Positions 12,916-25,905 of a DNA stretch of 64,000 nt are shown here, piece by piece (within the stretch, counting starts at the first letter, position 1; every line of letters starts with the position of its first letter). Below the pieces are notes generated by a model that was not told the DNA's origin, made no database searches, and worked only from the letters and a program-made list of their open reading frames with translations. Source of the DNA: Felis catus. Lineage: Eukaryota. Made by a program: the position numbers and the translations under genes. The stretch spans positions 27,964,001 through 28,028,000 of the forward strand of contig NC_058383.1 of the NCBI RefSeq assembly GCF_018350175.1, in the 5' to 3' direction.

Positions 12916-14139
12916 TCCTCCGATTCCTACAACATAATTATCATCCGAGACTGGAGATCGATGAACAGGGGACAAAAAGGCTCCACTCAAAGTCAACATG
13001 CAAAATGGAGCCCAAATGAATCCGGAGGCCATGGGATTAAAGGGGAAACTATGAATTGTGGAGATATCAAAGACCTTGACTCGAGGCCTGGATGACTAAT
13101 TAGACTGGAGCACAGGTTTCAGTCAAGGAGCTGAAGACTTTCTAAAAGGGAGCATCTAGGTTATTCACTCCATCCTAAAATCCTCCACATCTCTTTTGCT
13201 GCCTAGGGGCATATTCGGTAGGATAGTTCAAGGCAGTCAATTCTAGCCATCTGGTCAAGAAAGAAAAATCTTTGGTCCCAGGTGTAGGAGTGGCTGCTCC
13301 CCCAACAGACCTCAGAACGAACTCTTAACCTCTGTATGGCGGACTTAGAATCCTAAGCCTCTAAGCTTTTTGATGGTTCCAAGTGGAGAAAGTAATTTGA
13401 TAAACCGTCAACAAGGAAACGCACCATTAAACAGTGATACAACCATTCATTCAAATATTATGCAACCACTAAAAATGATGGCTGCTAGGGTTGGTATTAT
13501 TCACAAAGGTACGTATGTAACAGGATAATAATAGCAAATGTGAAATGTGCTCGTTGTTTATTCACTGTCTTCCCACACCAGCATGAAAGTTCAGCAAAGG
13601 TGAGGCTGTTAGTTTTGTTCAATGCTGTATCGTCAGCATATAGGACACTTCCAGGCACAAAAACATCCAGCAGCCAACAGGGTAAAATTCAGTGTCTGGC
13701 ATCCAGTCAAAAATTACTCGGTCTATCATGGGTGGGGGCAAGGGCTGGCCTCCATCACACCTCAGAGCTGCCAGGAGGGGCTGGGTGACCAAACTCCAAA
13801 GTACAGGGAGGGGGCATGCTTTGACCCATAAAACACAAGAGGCAGGAGGGAGCTGGCACATAAATGACTCCCCCTTCCCCCTCACGAGGGACAGTGCTGA
13901 GATACAGAAACTCCAAAGAGTCTCCCTAGCGATGTCCCATGGGGCGAGCTGTGTTTCCATCAGGCTGTGGCCCATTCAGTCACAGGCACCACCTTGCACT
14001 GGCTTCCTCTCCTTCTCTGCCCCACTTTCCTCAAGCCATCACTCTTCCACCCTCGGGATGACACAGCCCCCAACACACTCTATTGCCAGGCAGAGACAAC
14101 TCCTCCCCAAATCTGTGACATATGGAGGATCTTTGGAAA

Positions 14140-14660
14140 GATATGTTCTGGTTAATCCCCAAACTTACTGGCTTAAAACAACAACCATGGTTATTACATC
14201 ATGACTGTGAGAGTCAGGATCACAAACAGGACCCAGCTGGGCAAGTCCTCCGGCCTACATGCTGTCCAGTGGTGTCATTATTGGTATTTAGCTGACTTCC
14301 AGGCCGCTGTGAAGGGGCCAAACAGCTCTGGTGACATGCTAGGGGCCTTGGTGGGTATACTTAGAAGATGGGTTCCACAGAACCGTCCTCCCACTCATGT
14401 CATCTCGGGGTCTCTGCACATGTCTCTCTCCAGCAGGATGCTTGCACTTCTTACACGGTGGCTCAGGACTTGAAGACGGAGAGTCCCAAGAAGCTGGAAG
14501 CCCACTTAAAGGCTAAGAGCAGAGCCAGTGTGGTATCACTTCTCTGGCATTGCTAGTTAAAGCAGTCATAGGCCAGCCCAGGCTCAAGAGGAGGGCAGAC
14601 AGATTCCACTTCTTAATGGTGAAGTGTCAAAGACTTTGCAGCCACCTGCAGTCTCCAGAC
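14140..14660 (-). mobile_element. MLT1 (K/L-like) LTR
   Basis: ccccaaacttactggcttaaaacaacaacc...aaagcagtcataggccagcccaggctcaag. Confidence 0.7.
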
Positions 14661-15744
14661 ACACATGGAGGCGTGCACACACACACACACACACACACAC
14701 GCACGCACGCACACAGGCACACACAGGAAACTGGGGGTAGGGGTGGAATGAAGACTGAAGCATCAAGGTAGGAGGGATCCCTTCGTTCTGTTGGCCTGAT
14801 TTTCCACATACATGTTACTACTTTTTTTCAAATAAAAAATGTGGAGGAAGAGGAGGAGGAGACAAAAACAACGTCAATACGCTGAATCCTCACCTTCTGT
14901 GGCAGAGAGTCAATAGAAAATGTCTTAAATTGATAAAGCAAGAAACAGCTGCATAAGCATCTTATTTGGAGTTACAGAGATAAGTACCAGAAGTCCTAAA
15001 AATGGAAACATTTCCAGCAAATGCCTCTGGGAGACAGGACTCGGGGAGGGGAAAGAGCAGAGAAGGGGCCAGGAACTGCTGCTTTCATTAGGAGCCCTTC
15101 CGCTCTTGTACTTTTTACTATGTGTACATATTACTTTGATAAAAAATTTAAAGGGGAGAAAATGAGAAAAAGTAGGGATGGTTATTTTTAAAGCTATGTA
15201 ATTAAACCTGAAGAAAATCTCATTTTGCTAACTGAAAAATAAAAAGGGTAGTGGATACAAAACTCTATTAACTATATTCATGGTATGGTTGGAAATACGT
15301 TTAATAAGGACAGAAAGAAAACATATATATAGGGGAGGGGAAGACATAAAGAGATGTACCTCACCAAATGACAGAGGGTGGGTTTCTCTTCTGTGTTTCC
15401 CAAATTTTCAGCAATGGGATTCTCTTACTTTCATAATGAAAAGAAAAAAATTCATTACTTTAAATAAATGAACTGAGCAGCGATTAAATAAAAATGTCAG
15501 AAGAGTCTCTGAAGAACTCTTGGCCTCTATAACCGAACCGGGTTTAATTCCTGGGCCCTCCCAGGTAGCGTGATGGAGGAAGGCAGCTCTGTTCACAGGC
15601 TCTGGTAGACTCTAGCCAGCCAGGTCTGTGCACTTGGTTATAAAATCTTCCCAGAAAGAATTTAGTCCGTGTATTTTTAATTCAACTGAATAATACCTTT
15701 TGTAAGGCTCCAACGTATTCAGTTTTGAATCTGAAATGCTCCTT

Positions 15745-16110
15745 CAGTCATTGAATAAATATTTATCGAGTACCTACTATCTGCTAGACAAAATGCTGGG
15801 GGCTGGGGTTAAAATGGTAGATGAGACAAGTAAAATCTCCATCACCCTGGAGCCACAGATTAGAAGGGGAGGCAGTAAAGCAACCAGGCAATTGCATTAG
15901 ATCCTAACAGATGCTTTGACTGGGGAAAGTACAAGTGGGAGGAGATAACCTGGAGAGCTTCCTGGAAGAGGGCAAATCTAAGCTCAAACTCAAAGGATGA
16001 ACCAGAGCAGATTTGGCTAAAGAGGGAAAAAGTATTTCCAGCACAGAAAATACAATATGCAAAGGCTCAGAGACAACAGAGAAGATGGCTAATGCAAGGA
16101 ACTAAGAATG
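15745..16110 (-). mobile_element. L2 3' end
   Basis: cattgaataaatatttatcgagtacctact...agcttcctggaagaggg...tgcaaaggctcagag. Confidence 0.8.
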
Positions 16111-16285
16111 GAAAAAAAAAAAAAAAAGATGTCCCATCATCAAAACAGTCCCAAAGGACCCCTTTCATCTGGAGGCTGGCTCAACGGCCAAACTGCCTGA
16201 ACTAGAATCCCAGCCCTGCCCCTTAGAAGCTATGTGACCTCGGTCAAAGTACTTTACCTCAACTGTGTCTCAGTCTCTGCATCGA

Positions 16286-16635
16286 GTGTCCTAGTCTGCT
16301 TGGGTTGCTGTAATGAAAGACCACAGACCAGGTGGCTTATAAAACACTGAAAATTACTGCTCACAGTTCCGAAGCCTGCAAGTCCAAGATCAAGGAGCAA
16401 GCAGACTCAGTGTCTGGTAAGAACCTGCTTCCTGGTTCAGACTTAACACCTTCCAGCTCTAACCTCACAGAGCAGAAAGGAGGAGAGAACTGTCTGGGGT
16501 CCCTTTTATAAAGGCACTAATTCCATGCATAAGGGCCCTACCTCCTGACCTAATCACCTCCCAAAGGCCCCACCTCCTACTACCAGTTTGGGTGGGTAAG
16601 AGTCAACATAGGAATTCGACAACAGACATTCAGAC
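16286..16635 (-). mobile_element. MLT1A-type LTR inserted in a MIR
   Basis: tgtcctagtctgcttgggttgctgtaa...aagtccaagatcaagg...gacctaatcacctcccaaaggccccacctcc. Confidence 0.85.
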
Positions 16636-18964
16636 CAGGGCTCTGGGCTCATGCTCCTTCCCCACCCTCTCTCTCTCCCTCAGGAAGCCACACCCACCCA
16701 AATCCCTGTTTCAGACGGCGGAAGGAGCCTTAACTCAGTCACACATGCACTTCAGAAGCTATGTGTTACACACCAGGCTGCACCGTGCTCACTTCTAGGT
16801 CTACACTATGGGATCAAAGATGCCAATGCCATGCCAGGAATAGAGCCCCCCTACCAGGGAAACGAAGGTGAACCAGACACCGTCTCAGACCTGGAGGGGC
16901 TAATCCAAAGGAAAAGGCAACAGAAGAGGGGACACAGCAAATTTCAGTGCAGTCTGCCGTATTCTGATTTGGGTGTTGCTGAAGAACACTCACAGGGGCA
17001 GAACCTGAGCTATGGAATCAGATCTTGGCCCAGTCCCGAATGTTCTTTAACCTCAGTTTCCTCATCGGTATCATAGAGATCCCAAGGTTCACCAAACAAG
17101 GTAGCTTAAACGGCTGCCAAGGGCAAAGTGGCTAGCATGGTGTCTGCTCCTTACTGGGTACTTGGTACTCCTCCACTCCCTTCTCCCTTGAGGCCACCTA
17201 GGCATGAATGGCAAAGCTAGGACCCTTCTTTTTCACCCAAATCAAAGAATGTTTGCAAAAGAGAAAACAGCCCCATAGCCTCTCCTGTCTCTCCCTTAAT
17301 AGTTTATCTCTAAGTTATTCAATGCAAGAGACTTAGCCCAGCTAAAATTATTCAAAATCGACCTTGAGATCAGGAACAAATTGGCTACAGCAGTCAGCGA
17401 TTGGCAAATGCAATCTAAATGCCCCAGGCGGCATTAGAGCCTTCTACGTTGACAGCAAGAGTCAATGTGCATCTTGGAAAATTCCGAAAAAAAAAAAAAA
17501 ATTAAAGGTCACCACATTTGTAGGCAGAATGGATTTTCTTGAAACCATTACAAACAGACTGCCTAAATTACAAAGATTCTAGGCTTGACAGCTCCCGGGG
17601 GGCGGGGCGGGGGAGGTTTCAGGTGCAAAGAACACCACCCTTGACTCCCACGCATCCGGGCTGCTGTCTGTGGCCATCTGAAGGTTCGGCCGTCACCCGT
17701 TCTCTCACCAAAACTGCACAACCAGACTCTGATGCCTCCACAAACTGGGACGACCGGACTGGGGCCAGGCCTGTGCTCCAAGGGTCTGACCAGGCAGGGA
17801 AGCCGAAGAGGCGCAAATCACCAAGATGGCACCAAACATTTCTGTAGAAGTGAATCAAGCCAAAGCAGGAGGCCCCAACCCCAAGGCCAAGTCCAGAAGG
17901 AAAGGCTGGGCTTGTAACTGGGAGAGGGATTGAGCTGGGAACGCAGGCTGGGAGCCGGGGGTGACAGGCTGCAAGAGTGGCCTTGAGCGGCATCAGCACA
18001 GCTTGGGCTGTCTGGTTTTGTTGAAAAGGAGCACTAACTACTACTACTAAGGACAGCTAACACGGGCCGGGTGCACTCTGGAACCAGGGCTGGGCTAATC
18101 CTGTACACACGCCTCCTCCCTTAATCCTCAGTGCCCAATACGGTAGCTGCTTGTTCCCTCCCCGCTTTCCTCAAAACTGAGGTTTCTCCAAGGTTACCCA
18201 GGGAATCACGGAGACCCAGGAAATCTGGCTGCAGGGTGCAAGACCTTGTCGATGTCACTTTTTTACATGTGGTAGCTCAAGTGTGTGCCAGCCTCACTCA
18301 AAGAAATAGCAAAACTTAACTCTGAACAGCAGCTAGTGATGTGCACTTCATTTTTTTTAAACAAGGAAACTAATGCCCAGGAGAAGTAAGGAGAACAGAG
18401 CTCTTCACGGAAGCTAGGTTCACGGGAGCAAAAAATACAGAGGCATCCCAAATACGATAAATTGGTACACATTACTGGTGAGCAAATATTTACACCTTCC
18501 CACTCCTTCCACTGTAGGAGGAACATAAGTCCCTGCCCCATTAATGTTGGGCTTGCTTTGGCCAAGGGAACACGGACAGAACCGACCATGTACTGACAGT
18601 TTCCAACTCAGGCCTTACAAAGCATCAATTATTTCTGCTCACCCCTTGGAAGCGGCCAGCTTTTGCCAGGAAAACCCTGCTTCTCCAGTCTCAGCCTCAG
18701 AAGCGAACAGAGGGATCAGACCTGCATGCAACCTACAGTGTGAAGCTGAGTCTCTCCAGCCAAACCACAGACCTACGTGTAAGAAATAAATGCTTGTTTT
18801 TATAACTCACTGTGTTTGTTGTGGCTGTTTTTTACACACCAATAGGTGACTGATACATTTACACATGTCTATATTATACAGGATACATATCTGATGGCTG
18901 TGTGACATGGAGAGATCTGTGTGTAAATACTGAACACACATCTTTATATACAGAAGACAGTACA

Positions 18965-19185
18965 GGACAATAGTGTAGGACCCGGAGGAAGAATTAAGTT
19001 TGCATTCTTCCTCTGACATTTATTGGCTGTGTGCTTTGGGGTGGTTACTTGACCTCTCTGAGTACATTTTCCCTTCTGTAACATAGGGATTAAAATTGTG
19101 TCTATCTCATAGGGTTACTGTGAGATCTCAGCGAAATAAAAGTACACATAATGAGCTTAGCACAGACCCTAACACATACTTACTC
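18965..19185 (+). mobile_element. MIR SINE
   Basis: ttacttgacctctctgag...tctgtaacatagggat...ctcatagggttactgtgag core. Confidence 0.75.
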
Positions 19186-19244
19186 ATTTATTCATTCAAC
19201 CGATATTGACGGAGTAACTACAGTTGCCAGGCACTTTTTCTAGG

Positions 19245-19484
19245 TATTTATTTATTTATTTGAATTTTTTAAATGTTTTATTTATTTTTGAGAGAGAGAG
19301 AGACAGTGAGGGAGAGAGACAGAGAACGAGTAGGGGAGGGAAGAGAGAGTGGGAGACAGAGGATCCGAAGAGGGCTTAGCACCAACAGCAACAAGCCGGA
19401 TGCAGGGCTCAAACTCCCAAAACGTGAGATCATGACCTGAGCAGAAGTCAGAGGCTCAACCGACTGAGCCACCCAGGTGCCCCC
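19245..19484 (-). mobile_element. Can-SINE (SINEC_Fc)
   Basis: Ends ccgactgagccacccaggtgcccc (reverse-complement head); T-rich tail at the left. Confidence 0.95.
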
Positions 19485-20199
19485 AGGGTTTTAGAATACA
19501 GTTACTAGCTATATAGAACAAGGAAAAGGTGAAACAGGGTAAGGACAACCAGTAGCCAGGGAAGACGAGGGAGGCATTCCAGGTGAAGTGTTCTGCACAG
19601 GGTCTGGCACATAATGACCACACGACAAATGGTAGCCACTTATTCTCAGAGTGATTAGCAGGCAAGAATGAGGAACTCAGTTGCAGACAAAAGGAAAATC
19701 AGCCTCTCTACTCCCCAGCACAACCCTGTCCTTGAAAGCCTCAGCAAACCACAGCAACAGATCAAGGACCCTCACTGGGTGGACACCACCTCAGGCGCTT
19801 TTGAAGCCGATACACAAATCCTGCAAACAGAGCCAGACTCCTATGGTCGGACTGGGAAGAGACAGGCCAGCTGCTGTTGGGAGGCTGGAGCTCCGCTTGT
19901 CCATGAAAGAAGGAGGTTCCTGGGGCCTGAGCCATGCTTTAAATCCACCGATCACATCAAACACGGGCTGCTGGCAGGAGGGAGCGGGTGAGGTGTTCAG
20001 AAGCTGGAGGGCAAGGTCAGCTGATGGGGACCCTCCATGCAGGTGTTGCGGAACAAGTGATGCTTCAGGGATCTTAGGCGGTGGAGCAATACACCAGCCT
20101 TTGCAAACACACTTACTGTGCAGCCCTTGAGGCCACCTCCTGTTTTTCAGCCCTAATTGGCATGTTTTCCCATCTCCTCAGAAACAGCACAGGAGACGG

Positions 20200-20430
20200 C
20201 ATTACATAACAGTAAAAGTACGGTCTTTGGAGTAGGACAATCTGGGTTTGCATCCCGACTCTATCGCTCACCAGCTGCCTCCCTGGGCCAGCCGCTTAAC
20301 CTAAGGAACTACCCACTCCTGTTGTGTAAGGATTAAATGAGATCACCTTTAACACCTTACATGTAAAACACCTCACAAGCAAAATGTTTAGCACAGTACC
20401 TGGTACAAGGTAACTACTCAGAGTCAGGGC
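20200..20430 (+). mobile_element. MIR SINE
   Basis: tctgggtttgcatcccgactct...aaggattaaatgagat...ttagcacagtacctggtaca. Confidence 0.7.
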
Positions 20431-20450
20431 TCTTATTAGTGACCCATTTT

Positions 20451-20666
20451 TTTTTTTAATCTTTATTTATTTTTGACAGAGTGAGAGAGAGAGAGAGAGT
20501 GAGAGCAGGGGAGGAACAGAGACAGAGGGAGACACAGAATCCAAAGCAGGCTCTGGGCTCCAAGCTGTCAGCACAGAGGCCGACATAGGGCTCGAACCCA
20601 CGAACCGTGAGATCATGACCTGAGCTGAGGGCGGTCACTTAACCGACTGAGCCACCCAGGCACCCC
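20451..20666 (-). mobile_element. Can-SINE (SINEC_Fc)
   Basis: Full head and tail; perfect 16-bp TSD attagtgacccatttt (20435-20450, 20667-20682). Confidence 0.97.
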
Positions 20667-21229
20667 ATTAGTGACCCATTTTGTAAATGAGCACAGAGGC
20701 CCAGACAGGTCTCTGACCTTACCAATGAACCATGGGATTTTCTTCCTTCACCACACTATTCCCAACTGATCAATTTCTCAAATGAACCTCAAAAATCCTC
20801 TAAGGATGAATCTGGAGTTTTGTTCCTACATCAATAGCAATTAGCACATAGTATGACCTCATTGGTTGAACAGTATGATCAGGTCACAAGCTCAGATGCT
20901 CACAGAGTATGGCAGCACTAGGGTGGCCATTTCTGTTTGAGCAATGAAAGTCCCACATTCTGGAACACCACTCAGAGCTGGGCAAGACAGGACAGCTGGT
21001 AACCCTGCTGGTAGCATGACTACATGAAGGAGGGAAAAGCTAGGTCTCCTCTGTTCAGGTTTTCCACTTCCGAGAAGCAATCCCATGGACTGGTTAGGAG
21101 CAAGGGACTAGAGCCAGCCTCACTCGGTTTACACCCTGCCTCCGATGCTCACCCGCTATGGGACCTTGGGAAGGAAGACCCCAACCTCCCCATGCCTGTT
21201 TCTCATCTGTAAAAGGGGAGCTAAGAGGG

Positions 21230-21442
21230 CTCTTGACTACTGACATTTTGGACCCGATCACTGTTTGCCGTGGGGGCTGTCCTGAGCAGTGTGGTCTATT
21301 TAGCAGCATCCTTGACCTCTACTCACTTGACGCCCGTAGAACACTGCCACCACCGCCCCCAGGATGTGACCATCAAAAATGTGTGCAGATATTACCCAAT
21401 GTCTCCTAGGGGGGCAAGACTGTCCCTGGTTCACAACTGGTC
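21230..21442 (-). mobile_element. MER20 MITE nested in a MIR (21085-21490)
   Basis: ctactgacattttggacc...gggggctgtcctg...tttagcagcatccttgacctctac; MIR core tttctcatctgtaaaaggg immediately to the left. Confidence 0.85.
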
Positions 21443-23439
21443 TAGGAAATGTTGTGAGAATAAACAAGGCGATGCGTGCATCAGAGAGTCTATTTCTACA
21501 CAAACAAACTGCAGCCTTGGCAATACAGTGAGAATATGGCAAGCCAAGAGAGGAGCAAGCAGGACCATGGGTGGGCCAGAGGCTGTACAGACAAGCGACC
21601 GCTGTGGGGGACAAGCTGCAAATGGAACCCGGCCTGGCCAGCGTCCCTCTCACATGAGCCTGGACTTCAATTTTACACCACATGCAAAAAGTTGCATGGA
21701 TTACTCCTTGGTTGCTGGCAAAGCACCATCACGGACAGCAAAATCCCCTCCAACTGGATATGTTCCTTCTCTCTCGGATGCATATATATCCCTGTAAAGT
21801 GCATTTGTTCATCAAATATTGAATGCTTCCTGTGTATCAGGTATATAGTAGTGAGGGAAAAAAAAAGTACCTGCCCTCATGGATCTTTGAACATATTGTC
21901 ATGATTTATGTGTAATGCATTTTTAACCAACAGACACTGTGTCGTGCAGCAGAACGGACTCTGTTCCTGACGATTTCCCCCTCGGCGCTTTGTTTTTAAG
22001 AGATCTATCCGTGTTGCAGCGCATATATCAGATCTAGTCTTCCTACACAGCGGCATTCCACCGAGGACTTCGTCTACTTTAGTGCCAGAGCTCTCTCCAG
22101 AATGGCTGCACCTGTCCACTCTCCAAGGACTCGCCTTTAAAAGGGTCCCAACCCCACTGGACTCACTGACATGGTGTAGACTTCAGGGGCTCTGCCAACA
22201 GCTGCCATTAACCCAAACCATTATGCCCCACCATCAGGGAATACACTTGACCATTCTGCCTTAAGCTAACCTTGATCGCTATGTACGTCACAAAATCAGA
22301 GCCCCCTAAATGCCAGAGAAGAATCCAGCCCGATTTCCTGGCTTTGCAAAGGGAGAAACTGAGGATCAGAGACGTGCAAGAATTGGCAGAGATTTTAGGC
22401 AGAGCCAGGTTTGGAAATTCCAGTCTCTTGGCATCTTGTTCCTTTACAAAGCCCTCTTCGAGAGATCAGAAATCCATCCATGATTTACGGGAGTTGGTTC
22501 AGTTTACAGATTTTCTTCCATCTCTCCCGCCCGGTACCACCCTCCCCATCTCATATCCCCCACCCCACCCTGTTTTTAAATTCTTGCTGGAACCATCCAT
22601 TTTGCGACCAAGTGTTGACTTCAAATGATATATGAGACAATTGACATTTCAAATATTCCAGGCAGGATAGAGAATTCTGATCACAGACCAGCCTGAAACA
22701 TCCCCACATCTCTTTCCTTACTCCTTCTGGGCAGTAATTGTCCCCCTACCAGCCCACCGTCTCCCCCTCCACCCCAACATTAATTTCCCCTGATTCATTT
22801 TTCATGCCTTTGAATTCTGCCTTTTCAAAGCAGAATATGTTTCTGGAGCTGTTTCTCATACCTCCCTTCGCCTTCATGAATATTTCAAATGCAATAGTGA
22901 TATGATCGTTCAACCTTAGAGGCACACCAACTTTATCTTATTTATCTTACCGAGCTGCTTCCACACTGGGATTAAGTCCAAAACATCCTTTGAGAGTTTG
23001 TTTGGGTTGTTTTCCCCCAGGCCGCTGCTGCTGTCTATGTAAATTATAGGGAGAAACAGCCTGTCCTCCGCCCCAGCACCCACCCCCCCACCGCCCCCCG
23101 GCCCTGGACGCAGGCCCCTGGCCCCAGACACCCGCCTGCCGGTGCCAAGCCTCCTTCTGCTCTTGTCCAAGCCAACTGGCAAGCTTCCTGGTGGGTCCCT
23201 GCCGCGGCATAAACCTCCCCCAGCCTCCAGCCCAGTGGTCCCTTGCAAGCAGGAAAAGGGCTCTCCATGGGACCTTGGGTAGGTCATTTTGTCACTCTGG
23301 GACCAAGTTTCCTGGTCTACATACAAGGAGTTGGACATATGATCCTAAAGGTTTCTCAGCTCTATGGCTCCATGTGACGCAGCGGAACAAAAAGGGCACA
23401 GGATTCGGAATCAGGCGGGGTCTGATTCAAATCCAAGTT

Positions 23440-23642
23440 CTACCACTATGCTAGCTGGTGACCCTTCACTAACTGTGCCTACCACTAAACTAGCATGTGA
23501 CCCTTAATGGTGTCAACCACTAACTAGCAGTAGGACAACTGTGTCTACCTCTAACTAGTAGTGTGACTCTTAATTAGCTGTGCCTACCACTAACGAGTTA
23601 TGTGACACTTAACTGTGTCTACCATTAACTAGGTGTGTTACC
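23440..23642. repeat. Degenerate tandem repeat (~6 x 31-39 bp) derived from a MIR segment
   Basis: Units approximate ctaccactaactagYWgtgtgacYcttaactgtgY. Confidence 0.85.
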
Positions 23643-23717
23643 ATGATGTAGGTTACAGAAGCTCTTGGAGCTTCAGCTTCCTTCCTTGTAAAACACATTT
23701 GGTTACAACAGCTGCAG

Positions 23718-23835
23718 TGGGGTGATGGGCCGTCCCATCCTGTGTGCCTGGGACCGAGGAGGGTCCAGGGACACAGCGCTTTCTGGGCTAAAACTGAGAA
23801 AGTCCTGGGCCAGCCAGGACTCACAGGTTACCCTA
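23718..23835. mobile_element. MER81/MER94-like hAT-Blackjack MITE inserted in a MIR
   Basis: Termini gggtga...ttaccct; internal cgtccc...ctgggac...gtcctgggc. Confidence 0.65.
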
Positions 23836-25210
23836 GCTTGTAATACTAATCGGAAGTGAATGAGGTGACATGTAGAGAACCGAGTACACGGAAATAAATT
23901 AGGATATACCATTAATTATTGCTAATGGCCGTGGAGGAATTACTTTCACTTCTGATTTTTTCAAGTATTTTTACATTTCCTTTTATCAAAGCAATACAAC
24001 CACATGAGAAACAAGACTTGAAATAAAAAGCAAAGCTCTCTTGCTCCAGCTCTCCTCCTAGCCCAGCCCCTGTCCCCCAAGGTGAGCTCTTACAGCCCTT
24101 TGTAGCTTCTGATCTTTCAGGGCTGAGTCTGCACACTCACTCCATCTGCTCCAGTCCTTCTGGCCTTAAGGATCAGCTTCTCAAGGCAGGGTGGTATCCA
24201 AGAGTAATAATTCTATGGCAAGGGCACTGAGGAGCCGAGTAGGAAGAGGGGGCAGACCCTGGAGACCCCTCTGCTGGGCCAGGCATTAACTCTGTAGGCG
24301 CTGGGTCACGGGGAGGCGGGAGCCGTGGCAGGCAGAAGCAGCAGCTATTGACCATATAGAGTATTTGGACACCGGTGAGCATCAGCGAGCATCAGGTCTG
24401 CCTGTGGGGGGCTCACCAACTTCAGAGGTGAGGACATCTTCCAAGGAGAGAGACTGGGATAATACAAGCCAGACACCTGGACCTCTGGGCACAGCTACAG
24501 CCAAGGGATCCTGGACACGTGCGTTGCATCTGGGTCTCCCTGGCAACATGTCTCCAAGAGATCATACTCTGCTAGTCCAGGTCAATGCAAGCCAACTTGG
24601 AGTGGGAGAATAGTGGCTCCACACAGTAGACATAGTCAGCTTCAAGGAACAGTCTTATCTTGGAGAAGTGCAGGGGGCATAGGTGTCTAAGTCATGCCCT
24701 AGACAAGAAGCAGGCCCTATCCCGGCTGCTGGCTGCCCTGCCTGGTACAGACCATCAGTTTTCATTATCATCACCCTACAGGTGAGCAGGCTGGTTCACA
24801 GTCTTGTCCACTGACATGCCTTGTCAAACACTGGCAAATCCAGAACCGGGACTGAGAAAAAAAGCAAAGCAGTCCTTGAGAGAAGTCTCCCTGGGTGGAT
24901 CTTGAAGGGGGCAAAGAGAAGAGGGGACACTCCACATCCCCATGGTGTCATCCCAGACGAATCAAAACCCCCTCCCAGAGAAGCCTGGAGTGTTGCAGAA
25001 GGATCTGTAGAATGAAAGGCCAGAGAAATAACACCAGCCTTTATTCTGCTTATTTCTGAGGCTGTATCAGTAAGGTGCTTTGGTTGCAAGCAACAGAAGT
25101 AAAATCAAACAAAAATCTAAGAGGGAACTCACAGCATCAAAGAATCAATAGTGTACCCAGACCTAAGGAGGTTCCAGGATCCCTGCCAGAAACACCTGGA
25201 CCATCTTTCT

Positions 25211-25570
25211 ACAGCGGTGGCTCCCAACCCTAGGCGCAGGTAAGAATCAACTGAAGAGTCTTTTAGAAACCACTGATCCTGGGACCTCCCCTTCAGAAGG
25301 TGGGACTTAATTAGGGTGGGTGAGACTGCCCATCTCACCTCAAAGATGCCCCAGCGATTCTAACATAAGGCTAAAAATGAGGACCACCCTTCTAGGGATG
25401 CCACTCCAAGTGTGGGCCACAAACCAGCAGTACCAGTGTCATCACCACCAGGGAGCTTGTTAGAAGTGCATTACACGTCTCAGAACCGCTGGACCTTCTG
25501 AAGCAGAACCCACATTGTCACAGGATCCTCAGGAAAGTGTGAAGCAGAATAAAGGTTGAGAAGTCTGGGG
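25211..25570. mobile_element. Two adjacent MER5-type hAT MITEs
   Basis: cagcggtggctcccaacc...agaatcaactg...tgaggaccac, then ccaagtgtgggccacaaaccagcag...gggagcttgttagaagtgca...ttgagaag. Confidence 0.7.
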
Positions 25571-25647
25571 CTGGAGTGTCACACAATGACGAGGACCTAA
25601 CCATTGTACATCCCTGAGACACTCTCCTTAAGAGCAAAATCCCTACA

Positions 25648-25820
25648 GCACGCCTGGGTGGCTCAGTCGGTTGAGCATCTTATTTCAGCTCAGGTCATGA
25701 TCTCATGATCTGTGGGTTCGAGCCTCACATCAGCCTCTGTGCTGACAGCTCAGAGCCTGGAGCCTGCTTCTGGTTCTGTGTCTCCCTCGCTCTCTGCCCC
25801 TCCCCCTCTCACACTCTGGA

Positions 25821-25874
<54 letters not shown>

Positions 25875-25905
25875 AATAAGTAAATAATAAAAAAAAAAAA
25901 TTTTA
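25648..25905 (+). mobile_element. Can-SINE (SINEC_Fc)
   Basis: gcctgggtggctcagtcggttgagc head, long (CT)n, degenerate TSD aagagcaaRatcccYaca. Confidence 0.95.

Noticed and set aside
17709..17843. Minus-strand AG...GT bounded segment
   Set aside because: No recognisable peptide in any frame; such splice-like pairs are common by chance
23440..23642. CRISPR-like array
   Set aside because: Eukaryotic context, degenerate MIR-derived units, no unique spacers and no cas genes
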